A stretch of DNA of 64,000 bases from Raillietiella orientalis (lineage: Eukaryota): the NCBI GenBank assembly GCA_036172245.1, contig JAYWIR010000001.1, forward strand, positions 5,146,001 to 5,210,000. The letters are read 5' to 3'. Under the pieces are notes generated by a model that was given only the letters and a program-made list of their open reading frames with translations, made no database searches and was not told the DNA's origin. Below are positions 40,419 to 52,230 of the stretch, in pieces; positions within the stretch are counted from its first letter, which is position 1; each line of letters starts with the position of its first letter. The position numbers were made by a program, and so were the translations under genes.

Positions 40419-43400
40419 CTGGGAACTTATTTTGTGCAACCGGCACAAAACGAGGTCAATGCGATAGTCGATGGTCATGCCATTTGGAGCGTGTAACGCT
40501 GCTTTTCTTGCAAACGTACGTTTCGAGTTTTCAGGATGAGCATTCGGAAATCTCATTCACGGGTGGGTTTATCACGACATGTGAAAAGAGGAGAATAAAA
40601 GCAACCGCACCGAAATGGATCGAACGTTCGGGGTCGATTCCAGTGTTTCATCACCGTTTTCATTTGGTCTGCAGCTGCGAAATAGCCACCACACATAGTG
40701 CACCTATGGAAGGGCAGAGCTATTATGACAGAGGAAGGCGCACATTCCACTTGGATTCTGTGTCATTTCCGTCCGTTTCGGCAGGCAGTTTATTCATTGC
40801 GTTGGTTTCGAAATTCCCTATCCACGGTCAGCTGGGGAGGAAAGTACCTAGCGCCGGGCCGCCAAGGATTGGGTTGATCTTTGTGAGTAGGCGCGAGGTT
40901 CTCCAGTCGAACCAAAGGTTTGCGAAGCGTCCGATTCAAACGTGCATTCCTCCGATTACACACAAAACACGGCGTGGATTGGAAATAGACCGGCGTGAAG
41001 ATGGTGTTGTTCCCAGGCACGGCCACTCCAGCGCAGCATCCGAACGAAATAGGGGGGCATCACGCCTTTTCCCCGCGCAAGTGGGGAGCGGGGGGGGGGA
41101 GGGAGGGATCTTAGCTTCTCTTCCGGGAATCGAATCATTTGCGGACGTTCGCCAGGGCCAAGGGATCTTCCTTTCCCGTAATCAGCGTGATTATCATGGA
41201 AATAATTTTTCCTTCTCCGACTTCGGACAGACTTCAGTAATTAACGGCTGCGGCGAATGCCTTGCACGCGTTGTGGGCACGACCTAATAAGTCTGTTTGC
41301 ATTAGTGTCATTTGGCGTTCGTTTCGTTGTTGGGCTCGCATGAACAGCTTAATTCGTTAAGTGTTTTTTTAATCAAGAAGCCATCATCGTAAGGCACAAC
41401 GTGCTAACTCTGGCCGCCGCAGCGCGAGCTCGCATTATACCACCGAATTAAACGAACCCGCGAATAATACAAATTGACTCTTTGCTAAAAGCGTCCGCAT
41501 CTGCCACGTGAAAGCAGCAGATGAAGATAGATGCAGGAATCCGCTGACATCCGAATCTTGCGAAATCATAACGGATGGAAGAGTCTTCTTCGAAAGCTGT
41601 GGTCGTGGGCATCCGTGGTGATAAAGGAGGTCGCCGTTTCTATTACGGAAAATCCACCCAGGAGATTGAGAGCGAATCGGGAAGGCTCCTCACCTGATGT
41701 GATACGAACGAGTAGCTGCAGTAGTAGTAGTGTGACGCGACAGTAATGCACACTCAGATTCCTGGACAGGCAGCAGGAGATGTGAGCACAGATACACACA
41801 GAGGGGGAAGGCCGCAGCCCTCATTTTCCAAAGTTTACAGCAACATGGCAACTAGCGACTGGAAGAATTTATGGCTAAAGTTCACACCAGGAAGAAGAAG
41901 TGCCTTCCGTAGCCTTGCCAATGGTAAAGGGTGCTGAAACGTAAGAAGAAGAACAAAAAAACCACGTCGACGTCTAAGGAGAATTCACCGTCTTCCGGGG
42001 CCGTCAAATTTGAGGGAATTCACCAGGGGACTTTTAGATTTTCGAAAATTTCTTCAATGCAGCCAGCCGAGGAGAGGGTAATCCATGCCAATTAGAGGTT
42101 TATGAAGTGGCTTAATTGTTCAGGAGTCAAAACCTCGAATATAAAAGTGCCTGACGAATTAAGAGGGTCGCGTTGATTGGCAAGTGTGATTATCGGCCGA
42201 AGAGTTTCCATTATGCGAATGAAAAGGGTGGGGCACGAAACAGTGGAAATGGAATCAGCTCAGCAAAAAGGAGTATTCTTCGGAGTTAATCCATTCCGGT
42301 AAAGGAAAACGAAAGTATCTGAAGAGATACTTTCATTATGAACTGTGGCTTCACAATGGATGCAAAAGAAGCTGAACTGCTCAGCATATAATAAATTGCT
42401 TCGCCCATACCTCTGGAAGAAAGCATTAGGCCCAGATACTGATGTGGACAAATTCCTGTGGAGGAGGCATTAAGGCCAACACTGATGCGCGGAGTATCTC
42501 CACAGAATTTTCCCGTGAAAACGCTAATGCCACCCCCGAGGCGATCGGAGAACCACATGTGGAAGTGGCGCTGGAAAATTGATCACCAAGGAAGCAGGGC
42601 GAATGTATAATGAAAAATAAAGGCTGTCGTAGGGATGCGCCTTCTCCGTGATTCCAAGGTGAGGCTGCTCTGCGCCTGGTCTCGGGCGCCCGATGATCTC
42701 GCGTCTCCAGAATCCCCGAACATCTCGTTACGTCTCACATCTTCACACTCGGATGAGGAAAGGAGGGGAGGAATGGGTCTGCGCAGCATCGCTCGCATTT
42801 CCCTTGGCTGCCCATTCGCGCGGATTCAAGAGTTGGTTTTGACCGCTGATTACGCACGTAATTAGTGAATTACACCGGCTCGCCGAACCCTCCCCCAAAA
42901 GTTAATTCTTGTGCTCCGAGTCCTCCGAGGGTGTCCTCCCACTTGAAGGCACTGGAGGAGCAGCAGGACTGCGTATGGGTCTGCATTCGTGTCGAGTGCA
43001 TCACAACATACGAATGTGACTTTGCTGCCGGTCCGGTGCTGCACGGTTTCGGCACAATGAACAAGCATCACGGTGTGTTGTTGAGCTACCAGACAGAACC
43101 TATGCTATTCTCGGATTTGTTTGGCCTCTTCTTTTGCTTTTATTTTTCATTTTTTTTTCCACGCACAAAAAACAGCGCGAATGCAGCAGCAGCAGCTCCT
43201 CTCGAAATCCAGGTAGTGACGCATCACACATGGGGAATATGGCAGCTTTTTGCTCTTCTCAATCCTGACGCGGTGACTGTCATTCCTTATTTGAAATTCT
43301 CAGAAGATGGCGCTCGATATTTTCTGGCACGAAGCACTCCGCTTTTCTTTCCAGCCGCATAGCAGCAGCATCTGGGCTAGATAACCTGGAATCGAATATC

Positions 43401-45502
43401 GTGATTTATCTTTCGAGCAGGCACTCCTGCGCCTGTTAGCCCGGTGAGAGCGCCGAAGCCTTCCGTGGTGCGGAGGCGTTTCAGAGCCAAGGCATTGCTG
43501 GCGGTGGGAGCGGGAACACGTTTGCTGGACGCCGAAGGGAAGAAGCGTGGGGACGAGCGCGGGATAAGGGGAACCCATTCGAGCGCGATCCGTACCTGGG
43601 ACCGCAGGACCCACGAGGGCGCGCGCGCGCGAGCGCCGAGTCCGCGAAAAATTCGCCCCATCCGCGGATTCCTCCTCGCTCTTTGCGAAACCGTTCCCGG
43701 TTCCTGAGGACCGCGAGCCCCCTTCGCACCATGGCAACATTTTCACAGCTCATTGGAACGCGTTCGACGTTTGACACGGAGTCGTCGTTTGCTCATTGTA
43801 ACTCGCGTGTTGATATTTCGCTGATCGGACCGCGCGCGGCTGTTAATCCGAACGAAATTTATGGCCTTTTGAAAGTGCAGAAAGAGAGATAACCCGGACA
43901 TAATTACACCACCCAATGTTGGTGTGGCAGCATATCTGATGCTATGCAGAAGAAGTCACAGTTTAGGTGGCAACTGGTGTCTCCAGAGGAAGCAGCCTGC
44001 GCATAGAAATACGCAGGGGTGGCGGGGAGGGGAAAGAAGGCAAGTTCTTGGACGCTTTGAGGAATCCCGGAACTCAGGAACTAGGACAACGATCACGGAT
44101 CACGCACCATTTCCATTTCGGTGTTCGCCTCTCCCGTTCTGACGACAGGCGTTTTCTGCTACGCCCCGATCCCTCCAGCTCGCGAGTACCCGGAGGAGTC
44201 TCGTGGACCCCCTTTTCTTTGGATGGCCTTTCTTGCTCAACGTCGGTCGGCGAAACATCGGCGGAATCGCATGCCTTCCTTCTGCGGAACGGTCATCGGA
44301 CAGAGCGCTACAATACATGTGTATACACACATATATATATAAGAATGCACGTTGCAGTGAGTTTATACATGTAAACTCATTGCAACGTGCATTCTTGGCG
44401 CATTTCGGTTTGGCGTGTCGAGGCCACCACCTCTCTTTTCCCCCCTCTTTGATGTGGCTATCGAGAACGGGTTCCGGGGGCCTCGTGACAAGTGGGATGA
44501 GCGTGAGCTATAGGTTGAGATCCGTGCTGCAAAGCCGAGCCCTATCTTCAGGCTTGCTGATGGGCCGTGCGACCTGTATCGCTAGGAACGTAATTGCTGT
44601 GGTTCAAGGACACGCAAGAAATCATGCTTGGAGCTTTCTTTCTTCGGTGTACAGGTCCAGAATGATAAATAAGAATTCGAAGCCTTGAAATGGTGCATTG
44701 TGTGACCGCCTGAGAATATGAACTTGTCACACGGAAACTTTTGGGTAATTTGCAACGCGAACCGCAGAGGGCACCAAGCCGAACGAAAAGAGATTCTTCG
44801 GCCAGAGAGCGTATTTTTCGTTAAGTGGAGGAGGCTCTTCCATTAGAACGATGAAGGAGACTGCTACCGATGTGATTGGTAGCAGAATTCAAGTCAATGG
44901 ACTGCATCTCGGAGGTTTTCATCGGTGAACAAAGCGTTTCGTTTTGAAGGAATTCTTAATTGCCTCGATTCCGATCCTTAATTAGGCAAATCACTTAACC
45001 GGGCGCATTCAGCATTCTCCATGGCAACGCTTTTGTGGCCTCCCGGCACGGAGGGAACACACGGGGTCTCGTCGAAATGGGAAAAGGCTTCTCGGGAGGG
45101 GAGAGGGCTTTCAGTTCTCCGTGCAGATTTTCGCATGTCCTCGGTGACCGCACAAAGTAGTTCCTAGAACGGCAACGCTGTTACCATCGAGACCCTCTCC
45201 TCTTCGCCTGGACCTCCTCTCTCCCCCCCCCCTCCTTCCATCGAAAAAAAGCAAACACAGCACACACGCAAAAATGCTCCTCGCTTTCCGAATCGCACGC
45301 AGGGAAATTTTACGAAAAATCTCCGGAATGTTAAACGCCAATCTTATTTGGAGACCATAAAATATCTGTTAAATAACAGCATGATTCCCGGAAGGGTGAA
45401 CACCACGAGAGGAAGGAAACAAACCGAATGTGTAAAACTCAACAGCAATAATTGTAATCGTAAATCGGAAACCTGACGTGAATTTGGTGGTAGGAGAGGG
45501 GA

Positions 45503-45505
<3 letters not shown>

Positions 45506-45550
<45 letters not shown>
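45506..45550. repeat. (AC)n microsatellite, about 22 units
   Basis: Uninterrupted AC run. Confidence 0.95.
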
Positions 45551-45552
<2 letters not shown>

Positions 45553-46639
45553 GAAAACAAACAAACATACCGATAAAACACACGAACAGAGAGATCTCGG
45601 AAAGCAGCTCTTCTCTGCAAGCATTTGTTCCTGCTCCACATTAAAAGAAGAAGGAAAAGAAAAACCATCCGCAGAGCATTCATAACCCGACGGTGCTGCA
45701 CAACGCCGCCGTTTTATTAACGGTTAAGCGGATGGCTAAACAGTTAAATATATTTGTAACTAAGATGGAATAAGTAAATACCGTTCGATCAAGATTGAAG
45801 ACGGTCATTTGCACAGGGAAGAAGAAGAGGGAAGACAGCGCGAACGAGGAGGAGCGTCGAGTACCCGAAGAACGTGAGAATAAGAGAGCAATTAAAATTG
45901 CATCACTCCAACTCGGAGAAATTTTCGATGCCATTAGGGTGCAGCGAAAACTTTTGGAACCGTTTCATCTCAGGGGCATTAATGATCATGGAAGTTTACG
46001 GCATAAGGAAGCAGATAAGATTCATCATTAACAGCACGGGATGATTTTATAAACCAGAGATAAGTTCCTGGTTGGGAAATTTATTTTATCGTAAAAGGAG
46101 CGTTCCGGGGAACGGGAAGTTTATGGAAGGACCGGCGGAGAGGCGGACGCGGCGAAGCGCGTCCCACCAAAGCACGAAGCAGGAAGCGCCGTCGACCATC
46201 GAAGAGATTTCGCAATCGGCGGCGGCCGGCGAGAGGCCCGGTGTGCGTGTGTACGATCTTGTACACCGGAGCATCACCCCTCACGACTTCTTGCGTGTGC
46301 AACGGGCGGGGGATGCGGCGGGAACCCCCCCGCACCTGCCCCGAGACCAAGAAGAACAAGGGAAAATGCAAATCTTCTCGTTTCTGGAGACTGGACGGCG
46401 GGGTCTGAGGAAAAAACTCACAGACGAAGCGGACCAAGAGACGTGTGGAGCTGCCACTCCTGCACACGGAGCGAACGAGGATCGCCACCCCACTGACCAC
46501 AACGGAAAACAAAAAAAAGGGAACGCGAGAGAGAGAGAGAGAGAGAGGGGGGGGGAACGCTGCAGTCGTGCGAGCGACTCGAACGCGGGTCGGTTCGACC
46601 ACACAGCCTTGGGTGGCGTGCTGACTCTTCAAGATAGGT

Positions 46640-47900
46640 TTGTAACCCGGTCACGCCGGGACGCTTATTATAAAAAATAAGCATACATGTATAGGGCCAT
46701 TGGCTCCATATTGTCCGAAAATGCTCGGAACCTGCCGATGACCGGCACGCAGACCGGCGATGTTCGCCTTGGCAGCGGAGGGGGAGGGGGCAAACAAACA
46801 CACACCGAAAAAGTATACACAAAAATTAGGAGGGCCTCCTCTGCACCCTTTCCAGGATGCCGGCCAGTTCCATCCCGAGTATGAACCTGGTGGGACCGCC
46901 TAGATGCCGTCCGCAGGAACCGCAAGGAGGAGCAGATGGAGTCCCTATAGCGCCATCCTCCTCTCGCGTAGCTCCAGGCCGCTATCCCGCGTAGGCAGCA
47001 GCAAAGAGCTGCTAGGGATGCGACAAGCGAAAGGGCGTCGCGCACTAAGAGGCACTTCAACACGTCCCTGGGATTGTCCATCGATGAGCCAAGGACCGTT
47101 GCGTACGGTCCTTGGCTCATCGATGACAGCCACTGGGACCGGAGGGCAACACAGTCTACAAGCAGGTGCGAGAGGGATTCCCGTTCCCTGCACCTGCAAC
47201 AGTTGTAGTCAATAGGGAGAGGAGTCCAGGCCCAGTGGGAGAGGCGGGCGTTGCACGGGAGACCCCAGTGCAACAGCAGAAGTGCCGACTGCTTCCACTT
47301 CAGGAGGAGGACCCGACTGCTCTTCAGTGCTGGAAAACACTGGAGGTCTTCCTGTAGGATTCCCAGCAAATCATTCTAGCTCAATAAGTCCCTTTGGTGT
47401 GGCAATTGAGTCGCAGCGTCCGTGTGCTGGCCCGTGGTCCAGCTACCTAATTCCTTCGTCCGAAGACCTATTTTGCAACTGACGTCCCATTTGGCCGACT
47501 ACTTACTGCCCAGGAGCTTCCTGAGGAATTGCAACGCCGCGGCTAGGGAGGTTCTTTGCGCCTACGCACACCTGGTGAGACGGTGAGCACGATGACGTCT
47601 TGCAGAGAGCGGTTGTTGTAGAAGAAGTGCAGCAGTCGCTACCGCATCTCCGGGCTCTCTTCGTTGTTCTTGCCCCATGCGAAAACGGTTTCCTGTAACC
47701 AGGCGCTACCGTTCGCGGGTCGGCAAAAGATCCAGTTGTTGGTCCTGGTCAGCTTGGCTACCCACCGGAGCTCCAGTCCACAGCAAGGTACGTTGTCTGA
47801 GCCGCCGCGCAAGGAACGAAGACAGTCCCGCGTAACCGGTGGCTCGCTTGATCAGGTGTTGTGCTGGCTCGCACCAGTTTGTGCTCCAAAACTTCGCCAA
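46640..47900 (-). mobile_element. 5'-truncated L1/Tx1-like LINE: ORF2 C-terminus (zf-RVT) plus 3' UTR
   Basis: ORF 46668-47369 encodes WKQSALLLLHWGLPCNARL..NCCRCRERESLSHLLVDC, a CCHC knuckle typical of L1-clade ORF2. It is followed by a pyrimidine-rich UTR, AATAAG and a CCCGG-cgtga-CCGGG hairpin. The upstream part is interrupted by stops. Confidence 0.8.
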
Positions 47901-48032
47901 TAGGACAAGCGTCCCCACTTCAAGATAGGGGTGCCCCAGGAGGGAACCACCCTATGAACCCGAGAAGGACTCCGGAGGAAGGAGTCCGTTCCTCTCCCGC
48001 CTAGGAGCGAACTTCCACCCTGACTGCCTCCG

Positions 48033-49290
48033 ATTTCCACCCGGAAACGCCGGGGAGTTCGTCAACATTTAAAATAACCTCATACATTGTGGTAGGATAC
48101 GTGGTTCTACACACTCGGTTTGACCACGGACCTTCCGGGTCGCCGGTGAGCAGAACGGTGGAGATCAACTCGGCAGCGGAAGGGGACGGGAGAAAACAAA
48201 AAGAAAGAGTACATAAAAATAAATAAAGAATCTTTGGGAGAGTCGGGAAGGGGTCACCGTCACTGGAGAGAGTCTGAATCCATTCTAGGATACCGGCTGG
48301 GTCCGTCCGAATAGGTCCCAGGTGGGACCATCTGGCTGCTGCTATGCTCAGAAAGCGAACTGCGAACTGGACGGAGTTCCCCTACGTTCCTTCCTGTGGC
48401 GGCTTCGCTCCAGGCCGCCACAATCCCGCGGATGTAGCAGAGCACTGCTGGGTCTGAGGCTGGCTGCAGGGCTTCCCGTACGAAGAGTAGCCGCAAAACA
48501 TCCCTGGGGTGCCAGCCGGGATCCGGAGGGTCGCAGCAAAGCGTTCGCAAAGGGGCCGGAGGGCAACACGGTCCACGAGGAGGGGCAGGATGCGGGATTC
48601 CCGTTCCCTTCTTCTGCGACAGCCCGGGCTCGCCTTCCCCAGCGTCCAGTGGTGTCGGTGGGAATCGGGAGTCTCAGGGAAGACGCCGGTGCAACAGCAG
48701 AAGTGCCGACTTCCGCCACTTCAGGGAAAGGGAGTTGCTGTTCTTAAGCGCTGGGTGTCACTCTGGGTCTCCTGGTTGTCTCCGAAGAAAATCGCTCCCT
48801 TACTCTCTCCGGAAGGACCTCCCGGAGGGGGCCTTGTCTCTTCTCCGAAGGGATCCTGGAAAGCGTTCGCTCCTGATTTCTTCTTCTGAAGAGGAACCCC
48901 GAAGGGATGCTTTCCAATTTTCTCTGAAGGGTCGCTCCCCTAAGGGAGCAGCGCTTTTCTTGACACTCTGGAGAGGTGCGATCAACCCACCCGCTCCATG
49001 GTACGAGATGGAGGATCCCCCCCTCAGGGGGACGGGACGACCCCATTTTCACAACAGAAGGGAAGGAAACAGGTGCTCCTTGATTCCTGGGAGGACCTTG
49101 AAGGATCACCTTCCGATTCCAGCCAGTCATCGGGGGCATCCGGTTTCCACCAGTGCCACCCCACCCGAAGCCTTCAGACCGACCAGTGTTATCCTGTAAG
49201 GGGATCCCCCCAATTCTCGGCGTCGACCCTTCCCCCGGGCGGGATTCGAACCCGCGGCGCGGAGGTCGCAGCCACGGCGGCGGCGAAGGC
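48033..49290 (-). mobile_element. tRNA-headed SINE-like element with LINE-derived body and 3' UTR (copy A, longest)
   Basis: B box GGTTCGAATCC (plus coordinates 49242-49252) followed by CGCCCGGGGGAA. The body includes KWRKSALLLLH and HPRDVL..L.VREAL..RGIVAAWS, homologous to the 47 kb LINE (shared caacagcagaagtgccgact at about 47271 and 48693). It has the same UTR and terminal hairpin (48040-48054). Confidence 0.75.
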
Positions 49291-50399
49291 GGGGCAGTTC
49301 CACTCTGAAAGAGCATAGTGGACGGCACAGGAGAGGAACGGGGGCGGGGCGGGGCGGGAGGACCAGCGGTGTCAGGCACGTTTGAGTTTGCAAGACTCAG
49401 CGATTGCTTCCGTTTGAGTTCCCAGAGCGTTCTTGCAGCTCTGGTACGCTACTGATCTCTTCCTCCTTCCTTCTTCCTCTTGCCCCGTCGTTCCTCGCTT
49501 CGCAAGGACACTCGAGACCTGTCGGGATGCTCGATGTCCGCCCGCCGCCCTTCTTGCACGGACAAAGTTTGGCAGGATCAATTCGCGTTTGAGCGCGGAC
49601 GTCCAACCGATCGTTTCGCAGATATTGGATGATGCTAAGCAAAGGGCAAAAAAAAGAAAAAAAAAAAAAGAGAGAGAGAGCGGGGGGAGGGGACTCCTCT
49701 GCAACCGAATCAATATTTCAGGAGACGTCCCGAAACAGGAAAGAGAACCAATTTCGGAATTGGGATCCAGACATCGCGACAACAGGAGAGACGTCGCGGG
49801 TTCGCTCGAACGGAAACGGCAGCGGCAGTCGCGAACGCTCCCGCGCGGTTTTCCCGCTGCGGGGGTGGCGGGGCGGCAGCGGTGGGCGCAGCAAATTGGC
49901 TCAGCGAGCGGCGCTCCCGCACGGATGCGGGGTGGTGGTGAACGCGCGGTCCTGAGACTGGGAGGTGCCTGCCGGCCAGCGTTCTGGAAATTCTAAATCG
50001 AGCGCGCGAGTGCACGCGGGTTCCGGAGGCTCGTGGTCTTCCAGGGAATGAGAAGGGGGCATCCGGCCCTCCCGGCCGGGGGCCGCTGTGAAGGTGTGCC
50101 CAAAGGAACCTCGTCCGCTGCGGAAGCTCCCATGAGAACCGCCGGGAGATCGGAGGGTTAACTCGCTGCCCCTCCTCCAGAGGGAGAATTCTCGGCCCAG
50201 AAGCGAGAGCAGGCGGTACGGTCGCACCTGCACCCGTCACAGCCCGGAGACTCCCTCTCGTCCGGTGGCCTCGGAGCTGCACATAGAAATCGCCTGTCCA
50301 CCCCAGAAACCGCAGTGTCGGAAGAAGCATCGCGGCGTGTTGCCAAACGACGAACCGTCCAGGAGGACGGCAAGGGCCACCTGCGCACCCAGGGGGATG

Positions 50400-50840
50400 T
50401 CGCAATTGCCTGTCCACCAGTGCTGTCCTTGAGCGTGGACCGCACCGCCCTGAAGGACACATGGAGGAGACTGCGGAAGCTCCCATGGGAGCCGCCAGGA
50501 GATCTGCAGGGCCGGACGCAGTGGTCCCGGACAGCCTTACCGCAGCGCCGCCTGCTCTCAGGGAAAGCGACTACAGAGGACCAGCCGGCGGGGTGGAAGT
50601 CCTCCTGCAAAGCTGCAGGAGTCAGGAGACTTCTGAGGCTGCAAGACGAGCGTGTTGGTGGACGGCGCCACTTGCCGTTTCCGGGCGAAGGAACTCCTTC
50701 GGTGTGCCCCTCCCGCCTCGAAGACCCCGCGACCTCTCCCCTGTGTGCGGACATCTCCGTACTCCGGCTGCCCTGGAAACGTCCAGGATGTTCTGCTGCT
50801 TCTGCACTGGGGGGTTCCTGCGCATCCAGCGCAGGCACCC
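50400..50840 (+). mobile_element. Fragment of the same LINE family
   Basis: Encodes VQDVLLLLHWGVP, matching SALLLLHWGLP at 47.27 kb. A local duplication cggaagctcccatg..a.ccgcc.ggagatc occurs at about 50121 and 50474. Confidence 0.6.
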
Positions 50841-51089
50841 GCAGTTCTCAAAAGTGTTCCAGGCGCGTGGAGATGGGATCAACCCGCACCTCCCGCTGGA
50901 TTCTGCGGCGCCCTCGAGGACCTGTGGCGGAGACTCCCTTTGCAACCCGGAGCCCCCCCCCCCCCTCGCTGCGGCGCTTCTTCACGCGAGGCGGAATGAC
51001 AGCGGACGCTGCGATCGCAACGAGGTGCTGCTGCATCCGCGCCATGGCAGCAGACCGCTTTGCGACGTTTTTGTTTTTTTTTTGTTCCT

Positions 51090-51860
51090 CCAAATGCTGA
51101 AGAACTGTTGCGCTTCTGGAGGCTCACGAAGCTCTTCGGAGCTGTCCATGTCACCCGAGGGTGCGTGTGACCCTTCAAGTTAGGGGGCAACCCCTCCTAT
51201 GAATCCAGGAAGGCTCTGGAGGAGGCACTCCGTTCCTCCTACGCTTGGTAGGGAATCCCGAAGGGAACCTTCGTCCTGGTTGTCTTCCAAGGGACCTCCC
51301 CTTAAGGGACCTTCTTCCTTGTTCTTTTCGGAAGGACCTCCAAAGAAACCACTCCCCCTTTCTTCTCCGGAAGGCACCCGCAAGGGAACCGTCCCTTGTT
51401 TCCTCCTCTGAAGAGAACCCCGAAGGGACGCTTCCTAATTTCGCTGGAGAGTTCACCCTGAAGATGCGCTTCTTGCACTCTGGAGAAGCAGCCCCCGAGG
51501 GGGGAGTATCAACCAGCTTCAGGGAACACGATTCAGGGTCCTTTCCTCCTCGAGAAGGTAATGGGGTCGTCGGGTTCGCCATCCGACGGCCCCATTTTCA
51601 CAACCGGAGAGGAACGCCTCCTTGATTTTTGGAGAAATCCCTAAGGATCAGCTTCGAATCCCGGCCAGTCACGGGAGCATCCAGGGGTTTCCGAATTTCA
51701 CCAGGGCCGCACCCGAGTAGGTCAACCAGCGTCATCTTGCAGGGGGGATTCGAAACCCACTGCGAAGCTCCATTTCTCGGTGCTTCCCCGGGCGGGATTC
51801 GAACCCCCGACGCTCTGTGCCATGCGCGGGGGCTGCAGCCACACGGCCGCCACCGCGGGC
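51090..51860 (-). mobile_element. tRNA-headed SINE-like element (copy B)
   Basis: A-box-like TGGCGGCCGTGTGG, B box GGTTCGAATCC (plus coordinates 51795-51805), then CGCCCGGGGAA. The body aligns with copies A and C. Confidence 0.75.
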
Positions 51861-52039
51861 CGTGCGGCTACGGTGAGGGGGTCTCGTGGGCAGCGGAGGG
51901 AGACCACTCGGACGGCAGCCGCCTTGATGAGAACGGCTACGAGGCAGCTCTGCCTGAAAGAAGAAGTCTTCAGGGAGATCGCCAGCATTCAGCGCCAGCT
52001 GTAGAAAGAAAGAGGTAGCTGAAACCAAAGGTCCCCCTC

Positions 52040-52230
52040 CCGTGTCCTTTCCACTTTGTTTGTTGTCCCTTCCCTCCCGCTTCCGACTCCTTAAGAAGCC
52101 GTCCTGCGTGCCGGTGGTCATCCTTCCCTTTCTCTGGGGCATCGTTTGCATTTACGAGGCGCTGCTGCTTGTTTACGGACTTGTGGTTCATTTTTCAAAT
52201 AAACGTACCGGCGTGACCGGATACGAATCC
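52040..52230 (+). mobile_element. 3' UTR and terminus of the same LINE/SINE family
   Basis: gtttgttgtcccttccctcccgct..ctgcgtgccggt..AATAAAcgtaCCGGcgtgaCCGG matches the reverse complement of 46640-46810. Confidence 0.65.

Noticed and set aside
49230..49290. Functional tRNA genes at the GGTTCGAATCC motifs (also 18115, 51795 and 53361)
   Set aside because: The D and anticodon arms are degenerate, I could not fold a full cloverleaf, and three of the motifs are fused to repeat bodies.
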